Below, in pieces: positions 18,548-28,733 of a stretch of 64,000 nucleotides of DNA. Source of the stretch: an uncultured Nitrospiraceae bacterium (GTDB lineage Bacteria; Nitrospirota; Nitrospiria; Nitrospirales; Nitrospiraceae); contig CAWJWJ010000002.1 of the NCBI GenBank assembly GCA_963846575.1, forward strand, positions 1,376,001-1,440,000, written 5' to 3'. The translations under genes were made by a program, and so were the position numbers. The number at the start of each line of letters is the position of its first letter. The stretch's first letter is position 1. A model generated the notes under the pieces. The model worked only from the letters and a program-made list of their open reading frames with translations. It had not been told where the DNA came from and searched no databases.

Positions 18548-18940
18548 ATGAAGGTCATCGAGGTGGCGGCAGGGTTGATTGCGCAAGAGGGACGGTATCT
18601 CATCGCGCGCCGGAAGGCAGGCGTCCACCTCGGCGGATACTGGGAGTTTCCCGGCGGCAAGCGGGAGGCTGGCGAAACCTTAGAGGAATGTCTGCAGCGG
18701 GAATTACGGGAAGAGTTGAATGTGTGCATCGATCTTCCCTTGCCCTTTCAGATCGTACGGCATGAATATCCCGAGAAAATTGTGGAATTGCATTTCTTCC
18801 GCTGCCGGATCGAGTCTGGCGAGGCGGTCGCGCAGGATTGTGCGGAACTTCGATGGGTCTATCCTCATGAAATGGCCGCGTTCCAGTTTCCGCCGGCCGA
18901 CCAGGCTATCATCACGGCGCTCCAGCAGGAACGGTTGTAA
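18548..18940 (+). CDS. mutT: 8-oxo-dGTP diphosphatase / MutT-family Nudix
   Basis: WEFPGGKREAGETLEECLQRELREEL Nudix box; FPPAD C-terminus. Confidence 0.88.
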   Translation: MKVIEVAAGLIAQEGRYLIARRKAGVHLGGYWEFPGGKREAGETLEECLQRELREELNVCIDLPLPFQIVRHEYPEKIVELHFFRCRIESGEAVAQDCAELRWVYPHEMAAFQFPPADQAIITALQQERL

Positions 18941-18946
18941 GGGCCG

Positions 18947-19663
18947 ATGAAAATCGTCCTTGATATCGAAACGGTCCAGATTCCGAGAGAGGAATGGGCT
19001 CGTCTGGCTGGGCGCCAACTCGCGTCAGGGGAAGCCGCGTTTGCCGAGACGGGAGGGGATTTATTTGCGGTGGGTGCAGCGGAAGCCCAACAGCGGCTGG
19101 ATCAGGAGCTGTACGAAAAATCCTCTTTCGACGGCACCTTCAGCAGGATCGTCTGTATCGGCCTCCTGGAGTTTTCGGACGGTCTCGAGCCGCGAGGTGC
19201 CACCTCCTGGTATGGAGCCAATGAGCGGGAGTTGTTGCGTGCCTTCTGGGCCCATCTCGGGCAAGTGCGGCCATCCTTGTTCATCACCCACAATGGTCTC
19301 AATTTCGACCTGCCCTTCATCAGGAAGCGTTCGATCATCCACCAGGTGAAGCCCAGCATGGAGATCAATCTCGCGAAATTCCGGACTGAACCGGTCTATG
19401 ACACGATGGCCATCTGGAGTAACTGGGACAATCGCGGGTGGGTCAAGCTGGATGTCCTGGCGCGCGCGCTGAATGTGGAAAACAAATCGGGGAGCGGGTC
19501 GCAGGTCGCGCAGATGTGGGCCGAGGGGCAGGGGAGGGAGATCGCTCTCTATTGTCTACAAGACACCTTTGTGACCTATGGCTGTTATTGCCGTATGAAT
19601 TTCCGGCAGCCGATCTCGCGGGAGATCGTTCTGCTGAAGCCGGAGCTGATCGATGTGGGATAG
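18947..19663 (+). CDS. stand-alone PolB-like 3'-5' exonuclease (DEDDy)
   Basis: ExoI VLDIET, ExoII HNGLNFDLPF, ExoIII YCLQD. Confidence 0.82.
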   Translation: MKIVLDIETVQIPREEWARLAGRQLASGEAAFAETGGDLFAVGAAEAQQRLDQELYEKSSFDGTFSRIVCIGLLEFSDGLEPRGATSWYGANERELLRAFWAHLGQVRPSLFITHNGLNFDLPFIRKRSIIHQVKPSMEINLAKFRTEPVYDTMAIWSNWDNRGWVKLDVLARALNVENKSGSGSQVAQMWAEGQGREIALYCLQDTFVTYGCYCRMNFRQPISREIVLLKPELIDVG

Positions 19664-19680
19664 TCGAACAGGGCGAGTGG

Positions 19681-20742
19681 TCAGCGTATGGTAAGTTCGG
19701 CGCGGTTGCGTTTGTCCTGTTTCGGCTGAGTCTGCCGGCTGGCCTTCACGGCCCTGAGTTCTTTATCCCGCGTTTCCAGTTGTTCCCGCATCGACTCTAG
19801 ATCTCTCCGCAGCGCGCTGATCTTGGCGTCTTTCCGGGCCATGGCCTGCCGGGCATCCTGCAATTCCTGGAGCGTTTCGGTCAAACGTTCGTCCTTGGCA
19901 GGAGCGGCGTGCACCATCGGCTGCTGCCCTGACGGTTCCTGCGGAGGCTGGGTGGCCGGTAAGATCCTTTCCTGCGCTCCCGCCGCGACCAGCACTCGGC
20001 CCGGCGTCATAGGCTGAACCGGTTGACTCTCCGACGGAGCCATCGCTGCTGTTCTTGCGGAAGGCGATTCGGGTGCCTTGGCAAACAGAAATTCCCGGTA
20101 GTCTATGGCGAGGGACTTGAGCTGCGGCCGCCCCTGGGCGATCGCGGGCAAGGCCGTTTCAATCTGCCCCGCTGATTCCGGATCGACCGTAATGATGCGG
20201 GCGGGGCGGCCGGGGCTGAACAGGGAGGATTCGACCTTGTCGAGCGTGCCATGGTGCTCGGTCACGGTGAGATACACCTTGTCATCACGAACGTAGAGGG
20301 TGCCCGCGGTGGGTTCAGAGCCTGACCCTGCCGATGAGGACAGCCGGAAAGCGACCACATATTCTGGTTGCGCTTGGGACAACGCTTGGGCTAGCAGGGG
20401 AGCAAGATATCGAACGTCCTCATCGCTGAATACTCTCATCGGCTTGCTGCCATCCACGGGCAGATTCGACAAATCCTGCTGGATTTCTGTGATCTTGACG
20501 GCGCGCAACAGGGTATCGAGGGTGATCGCCTCGATGCTGCTGGGATGCGCGGCTTCGAATTCCCAATCGGCAATCTCCTGGAGCCGCACGGAACCGCTCG
20601 GTTGCGTCGCGTCCGCCTGCAGGCTGGCGGAGGTCGATGAACAACCGGTGGCCATTGCTCCGAGCAGGGTCAACCCAAGTACGCCGTTAGTGAAGCTGTT
20701 TAGGAGCGGGGTGCGGAAGTCGCGATTTCGCATGGCGGTCAT
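19681..20742 (-). CDS. hypothetical lipoprotein with C-terminal coiled coil
   Basis: Lipobox-like ATGC after a hydrophobic stretch; long ORF. Confidence 0.75.
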   Translation of the reverse strand: MTAMRNRDFRTPLLNSFTNGVLGLTLLGAMATGCSSTSASLQADATQPSGSVRLQEIADWEFEAAHPSSIEAITLDTLLRAVKITEIQQDLSNLPVDGSKPMRVFSDEDVRYLAPLLAQALSQAQPEYVVAFRLSSSAGSGSEPTAGTLYVRDDKVYLTVTEHHGTLDKVESSLFSPGRPARIITVDPESAGQIETALPAIAQGRPQLKSLAIDYREFLFAKAPESPSARTAAMAPSESQPVQPMTPGRVLVAAGAQERILPATQPPQEPSGQQPMVHAAPAKDERLTETLQELQDARQAMARKDAKISALRRDLESMREQLETRDKELRAVKASRQTQPKQDKRNRAELTIR

Positions 20743-20819
20743 CCTTCTGGGCGGTCGGGCGGCGCGAATGGGATCGGCGCGGCCTTACGATCAGGCCGCG
20801 TGATGGCTGAGAAGCCTGA

Positions 20820-20954
20820 TCACCAGATGCCTAGGCCCATCATCACGACTCCAAGGGCCATCCAACCGAAGACGCCGACAGCGATGATGGTTTCCAAGCT
20901 CATGCCTTCGGGGGCCTCTTCTGCGTGACTCTGACCGACGTCGTTCTTCTTCAT
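20820..20954 (-). CDS. small single-pass membrane protein (44 aa)
   Basis: Manual translation MKKNDVGQSHAEEAPEGMSLETIIAVGVFGWMALGVVMMGLGIW; GAGGA RBS; sigma54-like promoter upstream. Confidence 0.65.
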   Translation of the reverse strand: MKKNDVGQSHAEEAPEGMSLETIIAVGVFGWMALGVVMMGLGIW

Positions 20955-21023
20955 GGTGGGCGGTCCTCTAGGAGCAGGTCGATGGTTGTGTGACGAAAAA
21001 GTTCCGGTTACGAGAATGGACCA

Positions 21024-21039
21024 AGCAAAGGGTGTGCCC
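21024..21039 (-). promoter_or_regulatory. sigma54 promoter
   Basis: Minus strand gGGcacaccctttGCt; IHF-like cATCAAtagcTTA at 21143-21155. Confidence 0.65.
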
Positions 21040-21414
21040 TGATTCCACGGGTCGATTGAGAAATGTTCGACGTCTCCCGATGGCAGTGGAATGCAATGCG
21101 GGGGTAATCGATGCGAAACAGCTCGTGGCGAGGAATTCAGTATAAGCTATTGATGTTTCAGTGCAGAGAACTCACTCCATTACACAGCACGGGAGAGGTG
21201 AACATCTTTGCGGACGCGTGACGGGCTGAGCGGCTCCAGGGTGACGGACTTTTAAGGCCTGTCATCCTGACAAGCGAACTGTCTAAAAATTGGCAAAGAT
21301 TGTTCAGGAACGACCGGCCCTGGTCCGGAACTGTCATCCTGCTGTCGCACTCCGTAGCCGGATGGCGAGCCGTCGCACAAAACAAGCCGTCGACTGGCGG
21401 ATGAATCTGATGAA

Positions 21415-22779
21415 TCATACCGGCGTGAGCTTGGAATCGCGTCGTCCCATGAGTACGGCGGCGCTCGCATCCAGGACGGTGATTGGGTGAATGTCGCCGA
21501 GAGAGGCTGGAGCGTCGCTCTTATTCCAGATCACGGTGATGTTGCTGTCGGTGCGGCCCATCCATTGATCGGGTGAGCGTTTTGAGTCGCCTTCGACCAT
21601 CACCGGGAGCGTGCGTCCGATCAGGTCCCGATTGATGCGGGCGGTGATCGGCCGTTGCAGGTCTACAAGCCGGCTGACCCGTTCCCCCTTGACCGCTTCC
21701 GGAACATCATCCGGGAACTTACGGGCCGCGATGGTATTTTTCCGCTCGGAATATTTGAAGATGTAAGCGGCGTGATAGTTCACTTCTTCGATCACCCGGT
21801 AGGTGTCGAGAAACTCCTGCTCGGTTTCCGAACAAAAACCGCAAATGATATCGGTCGTGAGCGCGATTTCAGGATGCCGGCGACGGATCTGGGCGACCAG
21901 GTCGAGGTAATCCTGCCGACTATAGGTGCGGTTCATGAGCTCCAGCATACGGTCATTCCCGGACTGCAAGGGCAGGTGAATGTGCTTGCAGATATGTGGA
22001 TGGCCCGCGACGGCATCTAGGACAGCAACGGGAAAGTCCTTCGGGTGGGGCGAGGTAAAGCGGACCCTTTGTACTCCGGGTACGTCCGCCACCGCCAGGA
22101 GCAACCGCGCAAAATCCCAATCGCCATGCCGGTAGGAATTGACGTTCTGCCCGAGTAGGGTGATCTGTGGATGTCCGCTCGCGACCGAGGCTTCCACTTC
22201 ACGGAGCACCCCTTCGGGATCGCGGGAACGTTCCCGCCCCCGCGTATAGGGCACCACGCAGAAACTGCAGAAGTTGTCGCATCCGCGCATGATGGCGATC
22301 CAGGCATTGATGCCGCCGTCACGCTCCGGGAGAATATCGTCATAGGTTTCATATTCGGATAGGTCGACAGCCATGCCTCGTCGCGCGAGTCCCTGCTCTT
22401 CGGCGTTGAGTGCGTTGGTCAACAGCCCGGGCAGTTGGCGGTAGCCGTCGGGACCCACCAGGACGTCCACGAGCGGTTGCTTATCCGTCAACTCTTCCTT
22501 GAGGTTTTGCGCCATGCATCCGAGCACACCGACCACGAGCGGACGCTGCTCCTTGACGATTTTCAGCTCGGCCAGATGCCCGTACACCTTATTGTGAGCG
22601 TTTTCTCGAATGGCGCAGGTGTTCATCAGCATGACGTCGGCCCGTTCACGGTCCTCGGTAAACTCGAACCCCGCCTTGCGGAGTAAAGTCCGGACCAGCT
22701 CCGAGTCGTACTCGTTCATCTGGCAACCGAAGGTTTCTATATGGACCTGATGGGGTTTGTCTGGTTGTTTCATAGTCAT
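21415..22779 (-). CDS. miaB: tRNA-2-methylthio-N6-dimethylallyladenosine synthase
   Basis: TFGCQMNEYDS, NTCAIRE, radical SAM CDNFCSFC, TRAM domain. Confidence 0.95.
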   Translation of the reverse strand: MTMKQPDKPHQVHIETFGCQMNEYDSELVRTLLRKAGFEFTEDRERADVMLMNTCAIRENAHNKVYGHLAELKIVKEQRPLVVGVLGCMAQNLKEELTDKQPLVDVLVGPDGYRQLPGLLTNALNAEEQGLARRGMAVDLSEYETYDDILPERDGGINAWIAIMRGCDNFCSFCVVPYTRGRERSRDPEGVLREVEASVASGHPQITLLGQNVNSYRHGDWDFARLLLAVADVPGVQRVRFTSPHPKDFPVAVLDAVAGHPHICKHIHLPLQSGNDRMLELMNRTYSRQDYLDLVAQIRRRHPEIALTTDIICGFCSETEQEFLDTYRVIEEVNYHAAYIFKYSERKNTIAARKFPDDVPEAVKGERVSRLVDLQRPITARINRDLIGRTLPVMVEGDSKRSPDQWMGRTDSNITVIWNKSDAPASLGDIHPITVLDASAAVLMGRRDSKLTPV

Positions 22780-24119
22780 ACAAGGGGCAGGCCGGCTGGT
22801 TCCAGGACGGTAGCGACCGGATGACCATAGGCCAGTCCGTCCATGACGCCCGTGATCGTCACATCGTGAATCGCTCCGGCCATGACGCCACCGGCGGGAA
22901 CAGCGACTCGCATAAAGTTGGCCGTCGTGCCGGTGCGAAATCCGTCCCGCTCTCCCTGTTCGAATAACACCCTGGCAGTGCGGCCGATCTGCCCCTGATA
23001 GAAGCCGAGCGTCTTGGTTCGAGAGAGTGCTGTCAAGGTTTTGCTCCGTTGACGGATCACGGGGGATGGAATCTGGTCTTCGAGGCGCGCTGCGGCGGTG
23101 CCCGGCCTGGACGAATAACTGAACACGTGAAAATAGGAAAAGGGGAGCCTGGTCGCCGTTTCGACCGTGTTCGCAAAGGCCTGCTCGTCTTCGCCGGGGA
23201 AACCGACCATGAGATCCGTACCCAGCCCAAGGTCCGGCATAAGCGTCAGGGCCTGCGCCACCAGATCCTCATAGTCGCGGACGTCGTACCGGCGGTTCAT
23301 CGCCTGCAGAATTCCATCGTCGCCGCTCTGCAACGGCAAATGCAGGTAGTGACAGAGTTTGGTCGACCCGGCCATCTGTTGCAGCAAAGCAACCGGCACC
23401 GTCGTCGGCTCGATCGAAGAAATCCTAATCCGTGTGACCTCAGGTATCGCTTCAAGTTCTTGCAGCAGCTCACTCAGCCCGATGCCATTAGATGAGTACT
23501 GGCCGATGTTCACTCCGGTCAGGACGAGTTCACGGTACCCGTGAGCCGCCAGGTCGCGCGCTTCCCGCACGACATCATCGAGCCTGCGGCTGCGTTCCCG
23601 TCCCCGGGCAAAAGGAATGAGACAGAAGCTGCACATGAAATCGCAGCCGTCCTGGATCTTCAGCAGGGCCCTGGTCGAGTCCGAATAGGCCGTGCCGGGG
23701 AGGACGAAATCCTCCCGATCGATCGTGCGGCTGTGACGAAGCTCCGGCTCCGGTTGTTTGTGGAGCTTGGCAGGAGCCGGGAGATAATCGGGCAGGTTCA
23801 TTTTGAACTGTGTGCCCACGATCAGATCGATGCCCGGGACCTTTTGCAACTGCGCCGCGCCTGTCTGCGCGTAGCAACCGGTGACCGCGACGAAAGCATG
23901 GGGAGAATGGCGAAGAGTCTTGCGCACGGCATACCGGCAATCCTTTTCGGCATTCTCGGTGACGGAGCAGGTATTCAGCACCAGCAGGTCGGTCTCTTCC
24001 CCGAATGCCACAATCCGGTACCCCTGCCGTTTCAGGCTATCGCCCAACATGGAGGTCTCGGATTGACTGAGGCGGCAGCCCAGGGTGTGGAGTGACGCGC
24101 GTGGTGTGCTCATCGACAT
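22776..24119 (-). CDS. mtaB: tRNA ms2t6A methylthiotransferase
   Basis: TLGCRLSQSE, NTCSVT, TRALLKIQDGCDFMCSFC. Confidence 0.92.
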   Translation of the reverse strand: MSMSTPRASLHTLGCRLSQSETSMLGDSLKRQGYRIVAFGEETDLLVLNTCSVTENAEKDCRYAVRKTLRHSPHAFVAVTGCYAQTGAAQLQKVPGIDLIVGTQFKMNLPDYLPAPAKLHKQPEPELRHSRTIDREDFVLPGTAYSDSTRALLKIQDGCDFMCSFCLIPFARGRERSRRLDDVVREARDLAAHGYRELVLTGVNIGQYSSNGIGLSELLQELEAIPEVTRIRISSIEPTTVPVALLQQMAGSTKLCHYLHLPLQSGDDGILQAMNRRYDVRDYEDLVAQALTLMPDLGLGTDLMVGFPGEDEQAFANTVETATRLPFSYFHVFSYSSRPGTAAARLEDQIPSPVIRQRSKTLTALSRTKTLGFYQGQIGRTARVLFEQGERDGFRTGTTANFMRVAVPAGGVMAGAIHDVTITGVMDGLAYGHPVATVLEPAGLPLV

Positions 24120-24258
24120 CGTGCGCGATTATAAGAGCGCGAGCGTTCGCTCGGCAAGCTGACGCGAGAGAAAAGATGAGCGGTCGTCTTGATCGAGCGG
24201 TGGGTGAGTGGTACGATCAAAAAACTGTCGCGACAGGGACAGTCGGACCTCCAAGGCT

Positions 24259-24666
24259 ATGACGAACCACCGCTTGCTTGCCAGCCTTCTTTTCAGCCTG
24301 CTGCTCATGTTCCCGACCGCTGCCGGCTGGTCGAGAGAAACACTGCCGGTCGAGCCCGATCTAAGCACCAGGCTGGACGAATTGTACGATCACGAGTCGC
24401 GCATGTTCATCATGCTCTTCTCGCTCAATGGCGACGGGAAGGTCGATTACGTCACCGCGCGTCTGGTGCAGGACTACACCAGAAGCAATTACGGCAACCC
24501 GGTCTACTACACCGAGCAGTATCCGTTGTTCTATTGGTGGAATCACACCATGTTCAACGATCCGGACCAGGATGGCGTGAACGGAAACGAGCAGGTGTAC
24601 CAGGAGGATATCGAGTTCGACATTGCGCGCTATAAGCCCTGCGTATTCAACGGACAACCCTGCTGA
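24259..24666 (+). CDS. exported hypothetical protein
   Basis: Signal peptide; Asp-rich loops (NGDGKVD, DPDQDGVNGNE); C-terminal Cys pair. Confidence 0.75.
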   Translation: MTNHRLLASLLFSLLLMFPTAAGWSRETLPVEPDLSTRLDELYDHESRMFIMLFSLNGDGKVDYVTARLVQDYTRSNYGNPVYYTEQYPLFYWWNHTMFNDPDQDGVNGNEQVYQEDIEFDIARYKPCVFNGQPC

Positions 24667-24745
24667 GTCCGGTCCACCGGCAATCATTTCCGCCGCTCAT
24701 TCACCCGATCAGTTGACCTGTCAGCGCCTCTGATCCCGGATCCTC

Positions 24746-25609
24746 TCATTCAAAAACAAGCACGGGGCATTGAGCCTGGTGGAGCACCGAGTGAGAAACG
24801 CTTCCCAGCAGCAGCCGTGTGATGCCTTGCCTGCCGCGCGAGCCCACCATGATGAGATCGGCTCCTATTTTTTCTGCCTGCTCTGCGATCGTTGCCGCAG
24901 GAACGCCTAGGAGGCTGGTCCCACGAGCCGTATGACCGAGGGATTGAATCTTCGTCGCCACGCCCTCGATGAACTCGCCGGCATGCCGGAGGGCCTGCGC
25001 CTCCAGTTTATCCGCCACAGCATAATCCACCGTCCATGGCGGGCGGGTCAGCGGAAGAACGGTCAGCAGAGTGACCATCATCGGCTGCTCGAAAGGTTCT
25101 TTCTGGAAAAAGCGCAGAGCTGTCTCCGCGTCCGACTGACCCTGTAAGGGCAAGAGGATCTGTGACAAGTCCGGGACCGGACCTTTCACGATCAGCTTGG
25201 GGCAGGGGGCAAAGCTCATGACTCGACTGGACACGGACCCGAACAGCCTCTCTTTGATCGGCCCCAGACCTCTGGCTCCCATCACGATGAGATCCACATG
25301 TCGGGATTCCGCGAGTGCAATCACCACTTCGGCGGGCGAACCCATCTCCAGCCGTTTCGTAGTCGAGCCGCTATGGGGAGGCAGTAGTGATTGCGCGCGA
25401 GCCAACAGGCGATTGCCCTCGTCTTTCAGGCTTTGTTCCAGTTGGGCGTACAATTCCTGCGCCACCTCCGGCACCATTTTGGGATAGGCTGGCCTGGGGG
25501 CGTCCACGACGTGGAGCAGGGTCAGTTCGTCGGCGCGCCGGAAATATTTCAGCGTTCGCAAAGCTTCATAAGAATTTTCGGAGCCATCGACAGCCAGGAG
25601 GATGTTCAT
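24746..25609 (-). CDS. universal stress protein (tandem USP)
   Basis: ILLAVDGS; GARGLG..FGSVS; GSRGRQG..LGSVS. Confidence 0.93.
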   Translation of the reverse strand: MNILLAVDGSENSYEALRTLKYFRRADELTLLHVVDAPRPAYPKMVPEVAQELYAQLEQSLKDEGNRLLARAQSLLPPHSGSTTKRLEMGSPAEVVIALAESRHVDLIVMGARGLGPIKERLFGSVSSRVMSFAPCPKLIVKGPVPDLSQILLPLQGQSDAETALRFFQKEPFEQPMMVTLLTVLPLTRPPWTVDYAVADKLEAQALRHAGEFIEGVATKIQSLGHTARGTSLLGVPAATIAEQAEKIGADLIMVGSRGRQGITRLLLGSVSHSVLHQAQCPVLVFE

Positions 25610-26283
25610 GGGTTGGACTCCTTTAAGGCCTGCGTAATCGGTGGAAAATGATATTGGAACCAGCTGAGGGCCTGTTCGGCGACCTGCTCGAGGGTTCCCG
25701 GTTCTTCGAACAGATGACTCGCTCCGGGGATTACCACGAGTTTCTTTGGACAGGCGAGCTGCGCAAGCGCGTCTCGATTCATGCCGATTACCGGACCGTC
25801 GTCTCCTCCTACGAGCAGGAGCGTCGGCGCGGCTACCTGGCTCAAATAGGGACCGGCCAGATCCGGCCGTCCTCCGCGGGAGACCACCGCCTTCACGTGT
25901 TGAGGGTCGCGCGCGGCGGCCTGGAGAGCTGCACCGGCTCCTGTGCTGGCGCCGAAATAGCCTACTGGCAGGTCGCTGGTTTGAGGGTGCTTGCCGAGCC
26001 AGGTCCTGGCCAGAAGAAGACGGTCGGCGAGGAGGTTGATGTCAAACACTTTGAGCCGATCATCCGCCTCGTCCGGTGTGAGGAGATCCATCAGCAGGGT
26101 TGCGAACGCTCCCTCTTCCAGGTAACGGGCGACGAATTGGTTCCGCGGGCTGAAGCGTCCGCTGCCGCTGCCATGGGCAAAGGCGATGACGCCCCTGGAC
26201 CGTTGCGGTAAAGCGAGCACTCCGTCGATTGAGAGCCCGTTTTCGCTGATGCGGATATGCAGAGCCGTCGCTCCATCTACCAT
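25606..26283 (-). CDS. dienelactone hydrolase-like alpha/beta hydrolase
   Basis: FAHGSGSGRFSPRN, GYFGASTGA, VSRGGRPDLA, HLFEEPG; GGAGG RBS. Confidence 0.88.
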   Translation of the reverse strand: MVDGATALHIRISENGLSIDGVLALPQRSRGVIAFAHGSGSGRFSPRNQFVARYLEEGAFATLLMDLLTPDEADDRLKVFDINLLADRLLLARTWLGKHPQTSDLPVGYFGASTGAGAALQAAARDPQHVKAVVSRGGRPDLAGPYLSQVAAPTLLLVGGDDGPVIGMNRDALAQLACPKKLVVIPGASHLFEEPGTLEQVAEQALSWFQYHFPPITQALKESNP

Positions 26284-26757
26284 GTCGCCTCCAGGCGCTT
26301 CATCGTCCTTCTCCCTTCTTCGCCACATTGAACGGTGGCGAGGGGTCGGGGCTGGGTTCGCCTCCTTCAGTGACATTTCGTCGGACAGAAGAAGATCAGA
26401 TAGATTGCCGCTCCGGTTCCGGCCAGCCATTCCAGCCTGAGTCTCTGATTTCTGGACATCGTTGAGGCCATCGGGATGACTTGAATCAGCAAGAGCAGTG
26501 CCATTCATCATTCCACAGGCACACAGGCGGACTCGCGCGGCATCACAAGGAGGGCTTGGCCGGTGGCGTGACGGGAGAGCCGCAGAATTGTGATCGCTTC
26601 AATCTTCCTGTTGTTTGTGGCGTTCCGCTACAGGATCGGTTGTGCGGCTGTAGCATGACACCCCTCTGAAAACCGGCCGCACTCTGCACCAGAGGCGGTG
26701 GGTCGACGAAACGATGATCTTTCCTTGTATTTATTGTTCGTTCCCGGCTCGCGTGAA

Positions 26758-26773
26758 TGGCATCGCCCTTGCT
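26758..26773 (+). promoter_or_regulatory. sigma54 promoter
   Basis: TGGCATCGCCCTTGCT, close to the -24/-12 consensus, 40 nt upstream of a usp gene. Confidence 0.75.
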
Positions 26774-26813
26774 GAATGAGAAAGGGGAGAAAACAGTTGG
26801 ACACGGAGGTGGA

Positions 26814-27314
26814 ATGGCTGATGGGCGCTTCCGTAAGATTCTGGTCCCGGTAGATTTCTCTCCATGTTCCGAAGCGGCGTTCCGAATCGCCCTGTCCTTC
26901 GCCCCGTTGTTTCAGTCGGAACTGCTGTTGCTCCATGTCGTCGATACGAAGAGCCTCGACGCGCTGAACCGCCTGGGACTGGCTCTTCCTGCCGATGCCG
27001 CCAAGCAGAAAAAACAATTGCAGCATCATGCTCGTCCCAATGCGCGGCGGTTGCTCGGGTGGGACGAGGTGAAGGGAATATCCATACGGAGGCTGTTGGC
27101 GAACGGCTGCCCTTTTGAAGAGATTGCACGAACCGTCAGGGTGGAGGGGGTCGATCTCGTGGTGATAGGCACTGATGGGGGGGCCATCGGTGGCGTGGAT
27201 AAGATTCTCTTCGGCAGCACGGCCGAAAAGGTGGTCCGGACGGCAGGGTGTCCGGTGTTGACCGTTCCCTTGCCCCTCAAACAATTTACGGTGCGGGCGA
27301 ACAAGACGACATAA
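26814..27314 (+). CDS. universal stress protein
   Basis: KILVPVDFS; FGSTAEKVVRTAGCPVLTV. Confidence 0.92.
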   Translation: MADGRFRKILVPVDFSPCSEAAFRIALSFAPLFQSELLLLHVVDTKSLDALNRLGLALPADAAKQKKQLQHHARPNARRLLGWDEVKGISIRRLLANGCPFEEIARTVRVEGVDLVVIGTDGGAIGGVDKILFGSTAEKVVRTAGCPVLTVPLPLKQFTVRANKTT

Positions 27315-27325
27315 GGGAGGTGGAC

Positions 27326-27754
27326 ATGGCGCTGTGGAAAGAACGTAATCCGATCGGTGTGAGACGGTTAGGCTTGGCCGCCTGTTTCGTTCTGGCTCTC
27401 TGTTCGCAGGGTGGGGCTCAGGCTGAACAGCGGATCGACGTCACGATCAAGGACTTCACGTTCGTGACCAGGCAAATCCCGCTCCGGTTGGGGGTCGCGA
27501 CGGTGATCGCCATTTCCAACGAAGACCCGGAGCGTCACGATTTCGGCTCGACGATGTTCCATGGCGTGCTCACGCGAGTCGAATCCGGCGGGATCATCTC
27601 TTATGGCAGGGGCATCAGCGGCCTGTTTTTGGATGCCAAGAAGCAGGCGACGCTTCGATTCACCATGGAGCGACCGGGTCGGCACGAATTCCGTTGTTCC
27701 ATCCATCCGGAAATGAAAGGCGAACTGCTGCTGCTGAACGTGGAGGCGGTTTGA
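27326..27754 (+). CDS. exported cupredoxin-domain protein
   Basis: Signal peptide; RHDF...FRCSIHPEMKG type-1 Cu ligand set (H, C, H, M). Confidence 0.8.
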   Translation: MALWKERNPIGVRRLGLAACFVLALCSQGGAQAEQRIDVTIKDFTFVTRQIPLRLGVATVIAISNEDPERHDFGSTMFHGVLTRVESGGIISYGRGISGLFLDAKKQATLRFTMERPGRHEFRCSIHPEMKGELLLLNVEAV

Positions 27755-27757
27755 GCC

Positions 27758-28696
27758 ATGGCGCCTTTGATCACGCGCATCCTGTTGGCGACCGATTTCT
27801 CGGCCTGTGCCGAACGAGCGACGGGGTATGCCGTCAACCTGGCCAGGGCCTGGAAGGCAGAGCTCTCTGTCATGACCGTGTTGGAGTTTTATCCCGGCAT
27901 GGATCCGGACTATGCCGTCAATAAGATGTATCTCGATAATTTGCGGGCGCAGGCCAGCAGGCAGTTGGAAGAGGTCCGGACCCTTCTGAAGGGAGAGGGC
28001 CAGGAAATCACGACGCGCATCGAAGTCGGCATTCCGAGCGAGGCCATCCAATCGGTCGCTCACGCGATGGCGGCGGATCTGCTGGTGCTCGGGACGCACG
28101 GACGAACCGGCCTCGATCATATCTTGATCGGTAGCACGGCGGAACGGGTGGTGCGCATGGCCTCATGCCCGGTCCTGTCGATCAAGACCGAGAGAGGCGG
28201 GAAGGGCTTCGGGCCGATCCGAACCATCAAGCGGATTGTGGTACCGATCGACCTCTCCGGTTGTTCGTTGGAGGCCCTCGAATATGCGGCGCACTTTGCC
28301 AGACAGGCGGGGGCTTCGGTCACCATCCTCCATGCGTTGGAGCCGGTTGCCTATGGACTGGATTTCAGCTTGAGCCAAGCGACGGAACGAACACGTCAGC
28401 GGGAATATCTTGAGGCACGCCTGATCAGCCTGTCCGCTTGCCTCAACTCATTCGGCGTGGAATCCGATCATGCGCTCAAGCCCGGGATACCGGCTGATTC
28501 GATCCCTGCGCACGTGACTCACCAGGGCTATGACCTGATGATCATGGGCACCCATGGCAGGCGCGGATTCGTGAATCTCCTCGTCGGCAGCATCGCCGGT
28601 GCCATGTTGCGGCATGCGGCCTGCCCGGTTCTCACCGTCCGCCGGTTCGCATTCGGCGCGGATCACCAACGCGTGGTTCCTCTTGAGGAATCATAG
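27758..28696 (+). CDS. universal stress protein (tandem USP)
   Basis: ILLATDFS; GTHGRTG..IGSTAE; GTHGRRG..VGSIA. Confidence 0.93.
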   Translation: MAPLITRILLATDFSACAERATGYAVNLARAWKAELSVMTVLEFYPGMDPDYAVNKMYLDNLRAQASRQLEEVRTLLKGEGQEITTRIEVGIPSEAIQSVAHAMAADLLVLGTHGRTGLDHILIGSTAERVVRMASCPVLSIKTERGGKGFGPIRTIKRIVVPIDLSGCSLEALEYAAHFARQAGASVTILHALEPVAYGLDFSLSQATERTRQREYLEARLISLSACLNSFGVESDHALKPGIPADSIPAHVTHQGYDLMIMGTHGRRGFVNLLVGSIAGAMLRHAACPVLTVRRFAFGADHQRVVPLEES

Positions 28697-28733
28697 ATAG
28701 ACCCTCTCATCACGTACCTTAAAGGAGTCCGCC

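Noticed and set aside
21237..21341. CTGTCATCCTG repeated twice, one copy in a hairpin
   Set aside because: Too short; the hairpin is explained as a possible miaB terminator
26284..26511. Longer N-terminus of the hydrolase ORF
   Set aside because: Good RBS and family start at 26283
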